Source of the DNA: Candidatus Dormiibacterota bacterium
Lineage (GTDB): Bacteria > Chloroflexota > Dormibacteria > Aeolococcales > Aeolococcaceae
Assembly: GCA_963709585.1 (NCBI GenBank)
Contig: CAVPXI010000014.1
Coordinates: 160,001-224,000, forward strand
Reading direction: 5' to 3'
Length of the DNA stretch: 64,000 bases
Notes under the pieces: generated by a model
The model's input: the letters and a program-made list of their open reading frames with translations, nothing else
What the model was told of the DNA's origin: nothing
Database searches by the model: none
Made by a program: the position numbers and the translations under genes
Shown: piece by piece, positions 48,741 to 58,984 of the stretch
How the letters are laid out: every line of letters starts with the position of its first letter
Position numbering within the stretch: the stretch's first letter is position 1

Positions 48741-49592
48741 GTGAGGCCACACGTTGAATGCATCCAGCAGGCTGACCTGATCGAGCACGACGCCGAGCTC
48801 CCCGGCGCGACCGGAGGCGCGTCGCAGCGGAATCTCTCGTACGACGAGGAGGTGGGCGCCGCATCGACGCTCGTGAGGCTTGCGCAAGGATGGCGGCGAC
48901 CCCGCGGCTATCATCACGCCATTACGGAGTGGTTCGTTCTTGACGGGACCATTCTCGTCGACGGCAAGGAACGTGGACCCGGAGCGTACTGGCGGGCGCC
49001 GCGGGGGATGGTGGTTCCGGAGATACGCACCGATGATGGGGCGACCGTGCTCGTCTATCGGGAAGAAGGCGACGGCGGCTTCTCTCTGAGCGATGCTGAT
49101 CGCGCCGGCTCCGAGCATGATTGGACCGACCTCGATTCGAACGCAATGGAATGGCAGCGGGTGACCAAAGCCGGGCCAGCGCCAGGCCTCTTCATCAAGA
49201 TGCTGCACCAGCATCCCGTCACTGGTGCCTACAGTCGCCTGATATGGGCGGCGCCCGGCTGGGTCGACGCTCGCCTGGCTCATCACCCGTGTTCCGAAGA
49301 GGCATACACGATCGGTGGGTCGATGACCTATAACTTTGGCGAGTTGGAAACCGGCGTGTACTTCTACCGTCCACCATGGGTCAAGCACGGCCACTTTCTC
49401 TCCGGTCAGCCGGACGGTTGCACGTGGATCATCCGCAGTGACGGCGAGTTGGAGAATCTCTACACCGACGAGGCACGGATAATCGTTGAGGCGGAGGCGC
49501 TCAACTACGATCCTGACACCGCCTGCCCGATCATCGCCGGGATTCCGGTGCGCTCCCGAACCTTGGGAGAGTGGTCCCGCGACGGGCAGTGA
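48741..49592 (+). CDS. Bicupin, DUF4437/ChrR-like
   Basis: MRPHVECIQ, LSYD..GAST, EWFVLDG, AHHPCSEEAY, YFYRPPWVKHG. Confidence 0.8.
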   Translation: MRPHVECIQQADLIEHDAELPGATGGASQRNLSYDEEVGAASTLVRLAQGWRRPRGYHHAITEWFVLDGTILVDGKERGPGAYWRAPRGMVVPEIRTDDGATVLVYREEGDGGFSLSDADRAGSEHDWTDLDSNAMEWQRVTKAGPAPGLFIKMLHQHPVTGAYSRLIWAAPGWVDARLAHHPCSEEAYTIGGSMTYNFGELETGVYFYRPPWVKHGHFLSGQPDGCTWIIRSDGELENLYTDEARIIVEAEALNYDPDTACPIIAGIPVRSRTLGEWSRDGQ

Positions 49593-49625
49593 CGGCGTCC
49601 CCATGGACGCGTCAGGGGTGATGTC

Positions 49626-51051
49626 GTGAGCGACGCGTACGACGTCATCGTGGTTGGGGCCGGAACGGCGGGCATCCCTTGCGCAATCGAGGCGGCGCGC
49701 GGCGGAACTCCAGGTCCTCTTGTTGGAGAAGTCGGCTGACATCGGTGGGACCTTGCACGTCTCCGGCGGTCATATGTCGGCAGCAGGGACGCGCCGGCAG
49801 GCAAGTCATGGCCTCAAGGACAGCGTCGAGTTGCACGTGGCGGATGTCCTCCGGATTTCCGGAGGCACCGCGCCGGTAGAATTCGTGCAACTCGCAGCGT
49901 CCCATGCCGCGGCAACCGTCGACTGGCTGGATGAGAATGGATTCGATTTCAGTCCTGACACGCCCATCACGTACTACGGCCACGACGCGTACGGGGTCGC
50001 TCGCACCTATTACGGAAAGGACGCGGGCCGTTCGATTCTTGCCGTCCTGCGCCGCCTTCTCGATCAGGAGGTTCGCCCGGGAAGGGTGACGCTTCGCCTT
50101 GGTACTCCAGCCGAGGGATTGATCACCGAGGGCAACCGCGTTGTCGGCGTCGTCTGCGGTGACCGCGATTCGCGGGCAAGCGCGGTCGTCCTTGCCAGCG
50201 GAGGGTACGGCTCAAACCCCGAACTCTTCAAGGAGCTTGAAGGCAAGCCGCTGTTCAGTTCCACGGTTGCCGCTGCCACCGGTGACGGACTCCGCCTAGC
50301 ACAGTCGATCGGCGCGTCAGTCGCCCGGACGGGATCGTACCTGCCCACATTCGGTGGGATTCCGGACGAGGCTGGAGATCCTGTGCGCGTTCCTTGGCGA
50401 GAACGCCCCCGGCTGGTGGCCCAGGAGCGCACGCCCTGGGAGATCTACGTCGACCTGCGCGGAAGGCGCTTCATCGCAGAGGACGAGCCGAGCATGGACC
50501 GGAAGGAGCGCGCGCTCCTCGGTCTGGATCGGACCACCTTTTGGATGATCTGCGACGACCGAGCAGTGGACGAATCATCGCCTATGGTCGGAGACTGGTC
50601 TGCCGACTCCCTGCGTCAACGTGCCAACCGTCGTGCCGGCGTCCACAGCGCGCAGACGCTCGCCGCTGTCGCCGCCCTCGCTGGAATCGATCCAGATGGG
50701 CTCATGGCCACGGTGGCCGAATACAACCAGGGGGTCCGAATGCAATCTGACGCACTGGGGCGCCGGCTGCTGATGGCTCCGATCGATCGGCGCCCTTACT
50801 ACGCCATCCGCAACCATGGAACGAGTCTCCTGACTTTCGGTGGCATCGCGGTCGACATCGACCTCCGCGTGCAACGCGCCGACGGCTCGACCATCGATGG
50901 TCTGTTTGCGGCTGGTGAGGTCATCGGCGCGGCGACTCTCATGGGGAACAGCTTCTGCGGCGGAATGTCGGTAACGCCCGCGCTGACCTTTGGGCGCCTC
51001 ATTGGCCAGCGCCTCGCTCGGGCCCAGTCCAAGGCGAGCGATGCCCGATGA
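49626..51051 (+). CDS. FAD-binding_2 oxidoreductase (flavocytochrome c / KstD-like), frameshift near 49708
   Basis: YDVIVVGAGTAG (upstream frame), LLEK..IGG, VVLASGGY, TGDG, TFGGI, GLFAAGE. Confidence 0.88.
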
Positions 51052-51977
51052 CTGAACCCGTCGAGAATCCGACCTTGCGCCCAGACATGGCAGTGATCGG
51101 AGTGGAGCGAGCGGGAGGAGGCATGCGACTTCTGCACGCGCTCGGGTTTGAGACTATCGCCACATTCAACTTGACGGCGGCCGACGTCACGAGTTTGTTT
51201 GGCATTACCACTGCGACGAGCTGTCACCTCGTCGGCATCCGCGGGAGTGCGTCGGGTCGGATCCTCGCCGTCGAAACGCCGCTCCCACCGGCGCGGGAGA
51301 CGGGCTTGAAGGCGCGCGCCGTCGCAGTCGACGTGTTCACTCGGAGGCTGAGCGACGTCGTGACATTGGGCCAAGAATCCGGGGCTCAGCTGGACGGAAC
51401 TGCTGAATACACCCGCGAAGACGGCAAACACTTCGCCATGGCACGGCTAATCACATCCGACGGAGTTCCCCTCGTCGTTATCGAACCGACTGTGCCCCGG
51501 CCGAGCATTCTCGACCTCGCTCCCGACCTTCTTGTCAGCGAGGTGACCGCAACGATGTCGATCGTCGCCGACATTGAGGCGGTGAGACGTGTGTGGACCG
51601 GTGACACCGGTCTTGATGTCGTGCTCGAGTACACGCGCAGCGAACGACAGGTGGGAGAAATGCTCGAGCTGCCGAGGACAGATACCCCACATCACATCGC
51701 GCTCCTCGCGCCACGGGACGAGCCGACCTTCCGATTCGAGGTGGTCGAGTTGCCCGAGGAAACGGTCGAAAACGCATGGAACATCGCTCGGCCGCTGAGC
51801 CAGGGAGCGGTCATCACAGGATTCCGCGCTCCAGACATCATCGGGGCGCTTCGGCGCCTTGGCTCAGCATCAGCACCGGTGGACGCGCCCATCGGGATGA
51901 TTGCCAGTGGCGTGGCGACGGACGGGACCCCATTCTTCCTGCATCAGGATCGCGATAGCGATCGAGTGGCTAACTGA
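51048..51977 (+). CDS. VOC/glyoxalase-like protein
   Basis: Overlapping ATGA start; RPSILD..P....SE, VADIEA..W..TGL motifs shared with the next gene. Confidence 0.7.
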   Translation: MTEPVENPTLRPDMAVIGVERAGGGMRLLHALGFETIATFNLTAADVTSLFGITTATSCHLVGIRGSASGRILAVETPLPPARETGLKARAVAVDVFTRRLSDVVTLGQESGAQLDGTAEYTREDGKHFAMARLITSDGVPLVVIEPTVPRPSILDLAPDLLVSEVTATMSIVADIEAVRRVWTGDTGLDVVLEYTRSERQVGEMLELPRTDTPHHIALLAPRDEPTFRFEVVELPEETVENAWNIARPLSQGAVITGFRAPDIIGALRRLGSASAPVDAPIGMIASGVATDGTPFFLHQDRDSDRVAN

Positions 51978-51990
51978 GGCTCGCCCGGGG

Positions 51991-52917
51991 ATGGAGCCAG
52001 TCCGAACCAACGTCACTCGGGCACTCATTGAACCTGCCTTCGCGGTGATCGGGCTTGTGCCCGGTACCGGAGGGGGCGACCTGCTTACCGCTTTGGGCTT
52101 CGTCGTCGTCACCAGTGGAGCGTTCGACGCTGAGGTGGCGTCGGCCCTGTTCGAACTCGCCGCCGCCACCGAATACCAGGTCCTGAACGTCCCCGGCGCC
52201 GCGAGCCCGGGATACCTGCTCGCGGTGACAACTCCGAATCCCGGGCACCCAAGGCGAGGAAGGTTAACGGGGCCGATCGAACTCAACCTTTTCGCTCGCG
52301 ACGCTGACCAGTTGGCTCATACGCTCGACCGGATGTCTGTTGCACGCACCGAGATCATCCGTTGGGGCACTCGCGGCAAACAGATGGCGGACTTCCGATT
52401 CACCTCGGAAGAAGGTCTCGATGTGGTCGCCATCGAATACTCCGACCGCAGCCACGGTCGGCCCTCAGTTCTGGACACGGCACCCGAGCGCCTTACCAGC
52501 GAGCTAACCGCCGTGGCATGGATGGTCCCCGATGTCTCGGCATCTCGCGCGTACTGGGATCACGGGACAGGCATGGCGGTGGTGCTCAGCAACGAGATTC
52601 GCGACCCCTTGATGAGCGCCTTGATGGAGGTGGAGGATCTCCCTGGTCTGCGGTACGCGAACCTCGCCGCGCCGGACGAGGCCACCATGCGGCTGGAGAT
52701 CTTCGAACTAGTCGACGTCGCGACATCGCGCCGACCGCACAACGGTGTGATGAGCGGCGGTCTCCATGCTGCTGGGCTCACGACGCGCGATCTCGACGCC
52801 GCCGCGGCACTGCTAGGTGGTGTCCGGGCCATCCGGCCGACACCGCTCGGCAGACTGGCAGCCGGCACGGCCCCCGACGGCGTGGTGTGGCTCCTACGCG
52901 AGGTCGAGCGCGACTAA
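51991..52917 (+). CDS. VOC/glyoxalase-like protein (paralog of the upstream gene)
   Basis: RPSVLDTAPERLTSEL, VPDVSASRAYW, GTAPDGVVWLL. Confidence 0.7.
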   Translation: MEPVRTNVTRALIEPAFAVIGLVPGTGGGDLLTALGFVVVTSGAFDAEVASALFELAAATEYQVLNVPGAASPGYLLAVTTPNPGHPRRGRLTGPIELNLFARDADQLAHTLDRMSVARTEIIRWGTRGKQMADFRFTSEEGLDVVAIEYSDRSHGRPSVLDTAPERLTSELTAVAWMVPDVSASRAYWDHGTGMAVVLSNEIRDPLMSALMEVEDLPGLRYANLAAPDEATMRLEIFELVDVATSRRPHNGVMSGGLHAAGLTTRDLDAAAALLGGVRAIRPTPLGRLAAGTAPDGVVWLLREVERD

Positions 52918-54451
52918 CTTCCCGGCGTCGACTGCAACTCGTCCTTGATCTGTCGCTTGAGGATCTTTCCAGCCGCGTTCCGCGGCAGCGAATCGACGAA
53001 GCGAACCTCTTTTGGCAGCTTGTACCCGGCCAGAGATCCTCGCGCAAACGCAACCAGCTCCTCGGGCGAAGGTGCCTCGCCACGGGGAACGACCACGGCC
53101 ACGACGCGCTCACCCCACTTCTCGTCGGCTATACCCACGACCGCGACGTCAGCCACGGCCGGGTGCGTGTGCAGGACCTCCTCCACCTCGCGCGGGTACA
53201 CATTCGCGCCACCCGTGATGATCATGTCGCGTGCCCGGTCGACGATGTAGACATAGTTGTCCTCATCAACCACTGCGATGTCTCCAGCGCTGACGAAGCC
53301 ATCCTCGGTTGTTGCTTGCGCCGTGGCCTCTGGATCGTCGAGGTATCCACGGAATACCATGGGAGAACGGCTCCACAGCTCCCCGCGTTCACCTGCGGCT
53401 ACTGGCTGGCTATCCGGTCCCGTCAGTCGTACCTGCGTCATGAACCAGGGCGGCCCGACGCACCGCTCCTTGCGAAGTTGATCCGGTGGCCGGAGATTGG
53501 TAACGATCGACGCTTCCGTGGACCCGTACAGCTCGTGCAGGCCCGCTGTACGGAAGTTCTCGATCGTCCATACTTTGGCCTGCTGCGGCAGAGGCGCCGC
53601 GTTCACGTAGATAGTCGACAATGAGGAGGTGTCGCTCCGCGCGACGGTTCCATCTGGCAGTGCCCGCAACATCTGGATGTGCGCCGGTACCAGGAAGATC
53701 GAACTCGGTCGGTGCTGCGCGATCATCCGTAGGAGGAGTTCCGAATCGAAGGCGGGCATCATCGCGAGAGTGCCCCCCGTGACGCACGCCGCGTAGGCGA
53801 ATGCGAAGCCGGCGCCGTGGTACATGGGCGCAACCGCGATGGTCGTCTTCGCGGGCCCGAGGCCCCATTCGAGCGCCGTCAGGTAGAAGGTGATCGACCG
53901 CGAACGGTGACTGATCACCACGCCCTTGGGTTTGCCGGTAGTGCCAGCCGTGTAGCAGATGGTGAATGCATTGGTCTCGGGCACCTCGATGCGAGGGTCC
54001 ACCGCACGTGCACCATCCAGCACCAACTCGTAGTCATTGCCGAGACCGAGCGAATTCTCGATACCGGCAGTGGTCATGCCCGGCTCCACGACGCTGCGCA
54101 ACGCCTCGTCAAGAATCGCCGCCTGAGCGCGCGAGTGCTCGAGTATGTACGCCATCTCCGGTGCCGTAGAGTCGGGGGTTGATCGGCACCGAGACGAGTT
54201 CCAGCTTTCGCGAGCCCGCAGGCTATTTCCGGATACTCCAGCCGGTTGCCGGCGATCACCGCCACGCGGTCACCAACGTGCAAGCCGCGACCGATCATCG
54301 CTTGAGCCAGCCGCGAGGATCGCTCATCGAGTGCAGCGAACGTCAGTTCACGCGAGCCGTCGACTACCGCGACCGCATGCGGAGTCGCTATTGCAAATTC
54401 GCGCACGCCGTTGGCGATGTTCAGCTCCGCGCCAGTGGCCTGAGTCGTCAC
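52914..54451 (-). CDS. Acyl-CoA synthetase (AMP-forming), frameshift near 54190
   Basis: YTAGTTGKPKG, ELYGSTE, GD, DRARDMIITGGANVYP, RNAAGK; N-terminus in ORF 54074-54451. Confidence 0.9.
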
Positions 54452-54452
54452 C

Positions 54453-55481
54453 TCACATTCCCTGCGCGAAGACCTCGAGCAGCGCCCGTTGGCCTTCCCT
54501 GCTCACCTCGTTGGGCACCATGTGCGTCAGGGGGCTCAGCTTGACCACATCGGCCAGGCCGTCGTATGCCTTCAACCGTTTTCGCACCTCATCCGGCGTG
54601 CCGGAGAGCGTCAGCGCGTCGACCATCGCGTCGGGCACCGCATCCGCCATGGCGGCCTCATCGCCCGCGCGGAAGCGCTCCTGGACGAGACGGGTCTCAT
54701 TGCCGAAGCCATGGAAGTCGAAGAAGTCTTGGTAGGATCGGACAGTCGCGTAGAACGCGACCAAGCGAGCGGCCCAACGCTTCGCCTCGCGTCCGTCGCT
54801 CGCCACCATGCAAACAGCGGACGCAACCACCTCTAGGTCGGACCGCACACGGCCGACCTGCTCCAGGCCCTCCTGCAGCAGCGGCAGCGCCTTGTCGCGA
54901 AGGTACGCCGGCGAGTTCAGCTCGTGCGAGATCCAGCCATCCGCGATCCGGCCGGCGGTTCGCAACATCACCGGGCCCACCGCCCCTAGGTAGATCGGAA
55001 TCGATGTCCGGATCGGTGTGTAGGGGCGCCTATACCCCCGAACGTGGACGGGCTCGAACTCACCCTCGAATTCGATCGGCTTACCCGTGTGACTGCCAGC
55101 GACAAAACGTCTGATCACCTCGACCGTCTCGGCTATGTGCGGTGCAGGCCGTCCGTACTCCGCGTGATGCCACTCCTCGGTGAGGCGACGAACGCCCGGC
55201 CCGAGCCCGAGGACGAAGCGCCCGCGGGTCAGATCATCGAGGTCGAGTGCAGTCAGCGCAGTGATCATGGGACTCCGAACAAATGCCAGCGCGATGCCGC
55301 TGCCGACGCGAATTCGCGAGGTGGCACAGCCGATCGCGGCGGCCATAACGAACGCGGTTCGGTGCAACTCGGTTGTCCAGACGCTGTCGAAACCCGCGTC
55401 CTCCGCGGCGCGGCTGGCAGCGACCTGCTCTTCGACCGTCTCTCCCCAGGGGCCGAGCGCCAGCTTCACGGCTGTGGCCAC
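54453..55481 (-). CDS. LLM (luciferase-like) flavin/F420-dependent oxidoreductase
   Basis: AEDAGFDSVWTTE, GRFVLGLG, PIYLGAVGP, AGRIADG, GTPDEV. Confidence 0.9.
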   Translation of the reverse strand: MATAVKLALGPWGETVEEQVAASRAAEDAGFDSVWTTELHRTAFVMAAAIGCATSRIRVGSGIALAFVRSPMITALTALDLDDLTRGRFVLGLGPGVRRLTEEWHHAEYGRPAPHIAETVEVIRRFVAGSHTGKPIEFEGEFEPVHVRGYRRPYTPIRTSIPIYLGAVGPVMLRTAGRIADGWISHELNSPAYLRDKALPLLQEGLEQVGRVRSDLEVVASAVCMVASDGREAKRWAARLVAFYATVRSYQDFFDFHGFGNETRLVQERFRAGDEAAMADAVPDAMVDALTLSGTPDEVRKRLKAYDGLADVVKLSPLTHMVPNEVSREGQRALLEVFAQGM

Positions 55482-55993
55482 GCTTCACCAGCGACCGGGA
55501 AGACGTCCTTATCCTGGGGCGCGGAGCGTTTGTAGATCAGGAATGACCGCCGAAAGGTCATCACCACGTCGCCGTCCTGATTGAGCCCGCGTGTCTGCAC
55601 GCCGACGATTCCCGCGTACGGGCGAGACGCCAACTCCCGCTTCTCGAGCACCCGAGTCTCCGCAAAGAGCGTATCCCCGACGAAGACGGGATGCGGCAGC
55701 GTGATGTCGGTCCAGCCAAGGTTGGCGAACGCATTCTGCGACGTGTCAGCCACGGAGATCCCGAGCACCATCGCCACCGTGAGCCCCGAGTTCACGATAA
55801 GGCGGCCGAAGGGGGATCGCGCTGCATAAGGCGCATTGAAGTGTGCCTGGTTGGTATTCATTGTGAGGAGCGTGAACCACGTGTTGTCCGCTTCCGAGAT
55901 TGTCCGCCCCAGCGCATGCTGATAAACGTCCCCGATCTCGAAGTCCTCGTAGTACCGCCCATGCCGGTCCAGGTTGGTCGTTTTCGAATCCAC
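55466..55993 (-). CDS. MaoC family (R)-specific enoyl-CoA hydratase
   Basis: GRYYEDF, RTISEADN...NTNQAHFN, NLGW, PVFVGDTL; likely leaderless GTG start at 55993. Confidence 0.9.
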   Translation of the reverse strand: MDSKTTNLDRHGRYYEDFEIGDVYQHALGRTISEADNTWFTLLTMNTNQAHFNAPYAARSPFGRLIVNSGLTVAMVLGISVADTSQNAFANLGWTDITLPHPVFVGDTLFAETRVLEKRELASRPYAGIVGVQTRGLNQDGDVVMTFRRSFLIYKRSAPQDKDVFPVAGEAWPQP

Positions 55994-55999
55994 GCCCGA

Positions 56000-56029
56000 A
56001 CGGTAAACGTCAGACATTTCGCTCGTCAA
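56000..56029 (-). promoter_or_regulatory. Leaderless promoter with FadR-type operator
   Basis: Minus strand TTGACG-N18-TACCGT-N6-GTG containing AAATGTCTGACGTTT. Confidence 0.75.
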
Positions 56030-56048
56030 CTAGGTAATCTTTGCGGCT

Positions 56049-56372
56049 GTGAACGTCGAGTGGCACGAACTGACGATTCCGGACAGCTCACCCAAGGTCG
56101 TGGTGGCCCGGTTGCGCAAGGAGGACGCTGGCGCCTTCTGGACCCTGGTCAGATTCCCCGCTGGGTGGGTCCGTCCAGTCTCCGGTCACTATATGGTCCA
56201 GGAAGAATTCTGGATCCTGGAGGGAGAGTTGGAACTGAACGAGGTCACCTACAGGCTGGGTGAGGGCGTGAGCGTCCCGGCCGGCGCCGTGCGCACGGAC
56301 ACAAGATCACCGCGCGGAGCCCTCGTGATCGCCCGATTCGGTGGGCCCGCGACATGGGTCCCGGAACAGTGA
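56049..56372 (+). CDS. Small cupin (ChrR-like)
   Basis: LVRFPAGW.RP..GHY...EEFWILEGEL, VPAG. Confidence 0.8.
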   Translation: MNVEWHELTIPDSSPKVVVARLRKEDAGAFWTLVRFPAGWVRPVSGHYMVQEEFWILEGELELNEVTYRLGEGVSVPAGAVRTDTRSPRGALVIARFGGPATWVPEQ

Positions 56373-56391
56373 GCCTCCCCGACCAGGCCGC

Positions 56392-56421
56392 TTGACCAGT
56401 CAAATGTCTGATGTTTACTCT
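56392..56421 (+). promoter_or_regulatory. Leaderless promoter with FadR-type operator
   Basis: TTGACC-N18-TACTCT-N6-GTG containing AAATGTCTGATGTTT. Confidence 0.75.
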
Positions 56422-56427
56422 GACGGG

Positions 56428-57627
56428 GTGCTGCCGCTAGAAGACGTCAGAATTGTTGCGATCGAGCAGTACGGTGCGGGGCCGTTTGGCTCCGTGCACC
56501 TGGCCGACCTCGGTGCGGAGGTGATCAAGATCGAGGATCCGCGGTCGAGTGGCGATGTCGGCCGCTACGTGGTGCCGTTCCAGGAAGGCGAGGATAGCCT
56601 CTTCTTCGAAACCTTCAACCGCAACAAACGGAGTCTCTCCCTCGATCTCTCGACTGCGGCAGGTCGGGAGGTACTCCGCGACCTCGTCCGGGTTTCAGAC
56701 GCTGTGTACTCGAACCTGCGCGGAGACATCCCAGAGAAGCTCGGTGTCACCTACGCCCAACTCAGCGACGTGAATCCGAGAGTGGTCTGCTGCGCACTGA
56801 CCGGCTACGGGATGACCGGGCCGCGCAAGGCCGAACCCGCCTATGACTACATCCTCCAGGGGATCGCTGGGTGGATGAGCTTGACCGGCGAACCGGACGG
56901 CCCTCCAACCAAATCGGGGCTCAGTGTCGTCGACTACTGCGGGGGCTTCGTGGCAGCGCTCGCTCTTGTCGCCGGGATCCACGCAGCCCGGCGCGATGGC
57001 CGTGGACTCGACTGCGATCTGTCGCTCTTCGACGTCGCGGTCAACCTGCTTAGCTACCCTGCTACGTGGTATCTGAATCGTGGATATATGACGGAGCGCC
57101 TTGCTGCCTCTGCCCACCCTTCGCTAGTCCCATTCCAGAACTTCGAAACCAGCGAGGGCTGGATTGTGGTCGGATGCGCCAAGGAGAAGTTCTGGCAGTG
57201 CCTGACCGGGGTGATCGAGCGGCCGGAACTCGCCGAAGACCCGCGATTCCTGGATTTCGCTGCTCGGCGCAAGAACCGAGACGTGCTCGTCCCAATGCTC
57301 ATCGAGATTTTCCGCTCCCGGCCTGCGTCTTACTGGCTTCCGTTGCTGGCGTCGGAAGGTATTCCGAGCGGGCCGATCAACACAGTTGAGCAGGCTCTGC
57401 AGGATCCGCAGATAGCCGCGCGCGGCATGCTAGTTGAGACAGACCACGATCGATGGGGACGCATCACGACCCCAGCCACTCCGGTGCGCGTCGGCGAGCC
57501 TCGAAAGGCGCATCGGCGAGCACCGCATCGGAACGAGGATGCGGACGGCATTCTTCGTGTCCTGCTCGGCTATGACGAATCACGGGTGCACCAGCTCGAG
57601 GCTTCAGGCGCCTTCGGTGCAGTCTGA
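56428..57627 (+). CDS. CaiB/BaiF family III CoA-transferase
   Basis: AGPF, LADLGAEVIKIE, NRNKRSLSLDL, YDYILQG, D(169-type) in VVDYCGG. Confidence 0.93.
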   Translation: MLPLEDVRIVAIEQYGAGPFGSVHLADLGAEVIKIEDPRSSGDVGRYVVPFQEGEDSLFFETFNRNKRSLSLDLSTAAGREVLRDLVRVSDAVYSNLRGDIPEKLGVTYAQLSDVNPRVVCCALTGYGMTGPRKAEPAYDYILQGIAGWMSLTGEPDGPPTKSGLSVVDYCGGFVAALALVAGIHAARRDGRGLDCDLSLFDVAVNLLSYPATWYLNRGYMTERLAASAHPSLVPFQNFETSEGWIVVGCAKEKFWQCLTGVIERPELAEDPRFLDFAARRKNRDVLVPMLIEIFRSRPASYWLPLLASEGIPSGPINTVEQALQDPQIAARGMLVETDHDRWGRITTPATPVRVGEPRKAHRRAPHRNEDADGILRVLLGYDESRVHQLEASGAFGAV

Positions 57628-57628
57628 G

Positions 57629-58984
57629 GTGAGCGCATCCGGCAGGCTGGCCGAGTGGGCACTCGGGTTAGAGCTGGATGACATCCCAGCTGGAGTCCGC
57701 CGAGCCGCCCGACGACATGTACTCGACGCCTTGGGTTGCGGCTTGGCTGCGCGGCGAATGGGTGAGGCGGAGCCTGCCCTCGCTATCGCGGTCGGCCTGG
57801 GCGGACCGTGCGAGGCAACCGTCATAGGCGGCGACCGGACCGGAGCTCCAAGCGCCGCCCTCGCAAACGGGAGTCTCATCCACGCGCTCGACTTCGACGA
57901 CACTCATGCCGATTCGCTGGTCCATGCCACCGTCGCCGTGCTGCCCGCCGCCCTCGCGGCCGCGGAAGAGCGCGAGACCAGCGGTCAGCAGCTCCTGATC
58001 GCCGTGATCGCGGGAATTGAAGCCGTAACCCGGCTCGGAGCGGCGGTGCCCCACGGCTTCCACGCACGCGGGTTCCACGCAACCAGCGTGTGCGGGACCT
58101 TCGCGTCGGCGCTGGCCGTCTCTCGTCTCTACGGCCTGAATGAGAGCGCGGCAGTGAATGCGCTCGGGATTGCGGGGAGCTTCGCAGCCGGAAGTCTCGA
58201 GTTCCTTGCGGACGGCTCGAGCACCAAGCAGTTGCACCCGGGATGGTCGGCCCACTCCGGGTTGATCGCCAGCCGTCTGGCGGCAGCCGGCGCAACTGGT
58301 CCGGCGACAATCTTCGAGGGCGAATCCGGCCTGTATCGAGCGTACGTGGGGCGCTCGGTAGACGCCGCACGGTTGGTTACGGCCCTCGGCGAGCGATGGG
58401 AGACGGAGAGGCTGACCATCAAGCCATATCCAGCTTGTCAGCTCTCTCACGCTTCCCTTGACGCGCTGCGCGAAGCCGGCGTCCGCGCAGCCGATGTTGC
58501 CTCCATCCACTTCCGCCTGCCCGACGATGCAGCGGCCATCGTGTGCTCTCCCGAGTCCGCGAAGCTGCACCCTCGGACACCGTATGAAGCCAAATTTTCG
58601 CTGCAGTGGTGCACAGCTGCACTGCTGCTTGACGGCACACTCGGCCTCGAATCGTTCGCTCCAGGCCGTATCCAGGAGGAATCAATCCTCGAACTGGCAG
58701 CGCGCGTCACGTTCGAGACGTATGAGCCAGGTGTGCCAGCCGCGGCTGCGGGTGGCAGAGTTGAGGTGAGCTTTCGGGATGGCACGACACGCACGGGTGC
58801 GGTGAGCGGCAGTCGAGGCGGCCCCGACCACCCGCTGAGCGACGAGCAGTTGCTCGAGAAGTTCCAGCTCAACGCCGGCAGCGGCTACGAGCGACTCGCG
58901 GAAGCCGTCCTCGCGCTGGACTCGTTGACTTCGGTGACGGAGCTCACAGCGCAGTTGGGTCGGCTCGTCGGTTCACGCCAGTGA
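57629..58984 (+). CDS. MmgE/PrpD family protein
   Basis: HALDFDDTH, GFHAT, KQLHPG, FEG, KPYPAC, AKFS, GGPDHPL. Confidence 0.92.
   Translation: MSASGRLAEWALGLELDDIPAGVRRAARRHVLDALGCGLAARRMGEAEPALAIAVGLGGPCEATVIGGDRTGAPSAALANGSLIHALDFDDTHADSLVHATVAVLPAALAAAEERETSGQQLLIAVIAGIEAVTRLGAAVPHGFHARGFHATSVCGTFASALAVSRLYGLNESAAVNALGIAGSFAAGSLEFLADGSSTKQLHPGWSAHSGLIASRLAAAGATGPATIFEGESGLYRAYVGRSVDAARLVTALGERWETERLTIKPYPACQLSHASLDALREAGVRAADVASIHFRLPDDAAAIVCSPESAKLHPRTPYEAKFSLQWCTAALLLDGTLGLESFAPGRIQEESILELAARVTFETYEPGVPAAAAGGRVEVSFRDGTTRTGAVSGSRGGPDHPLSDEQLLEKFQLNAGSGYERLAEAVLALDSLTSVTELTAQLGRLVGSRQ

Noticed and set aside
55991-56430. Inverted repeats around the small cupin as IS ends or an invertible switch
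   Set aside because: The similarity is explained by two divergent promoters sharing -35, operator and -10; no transposase or invertase nearby.
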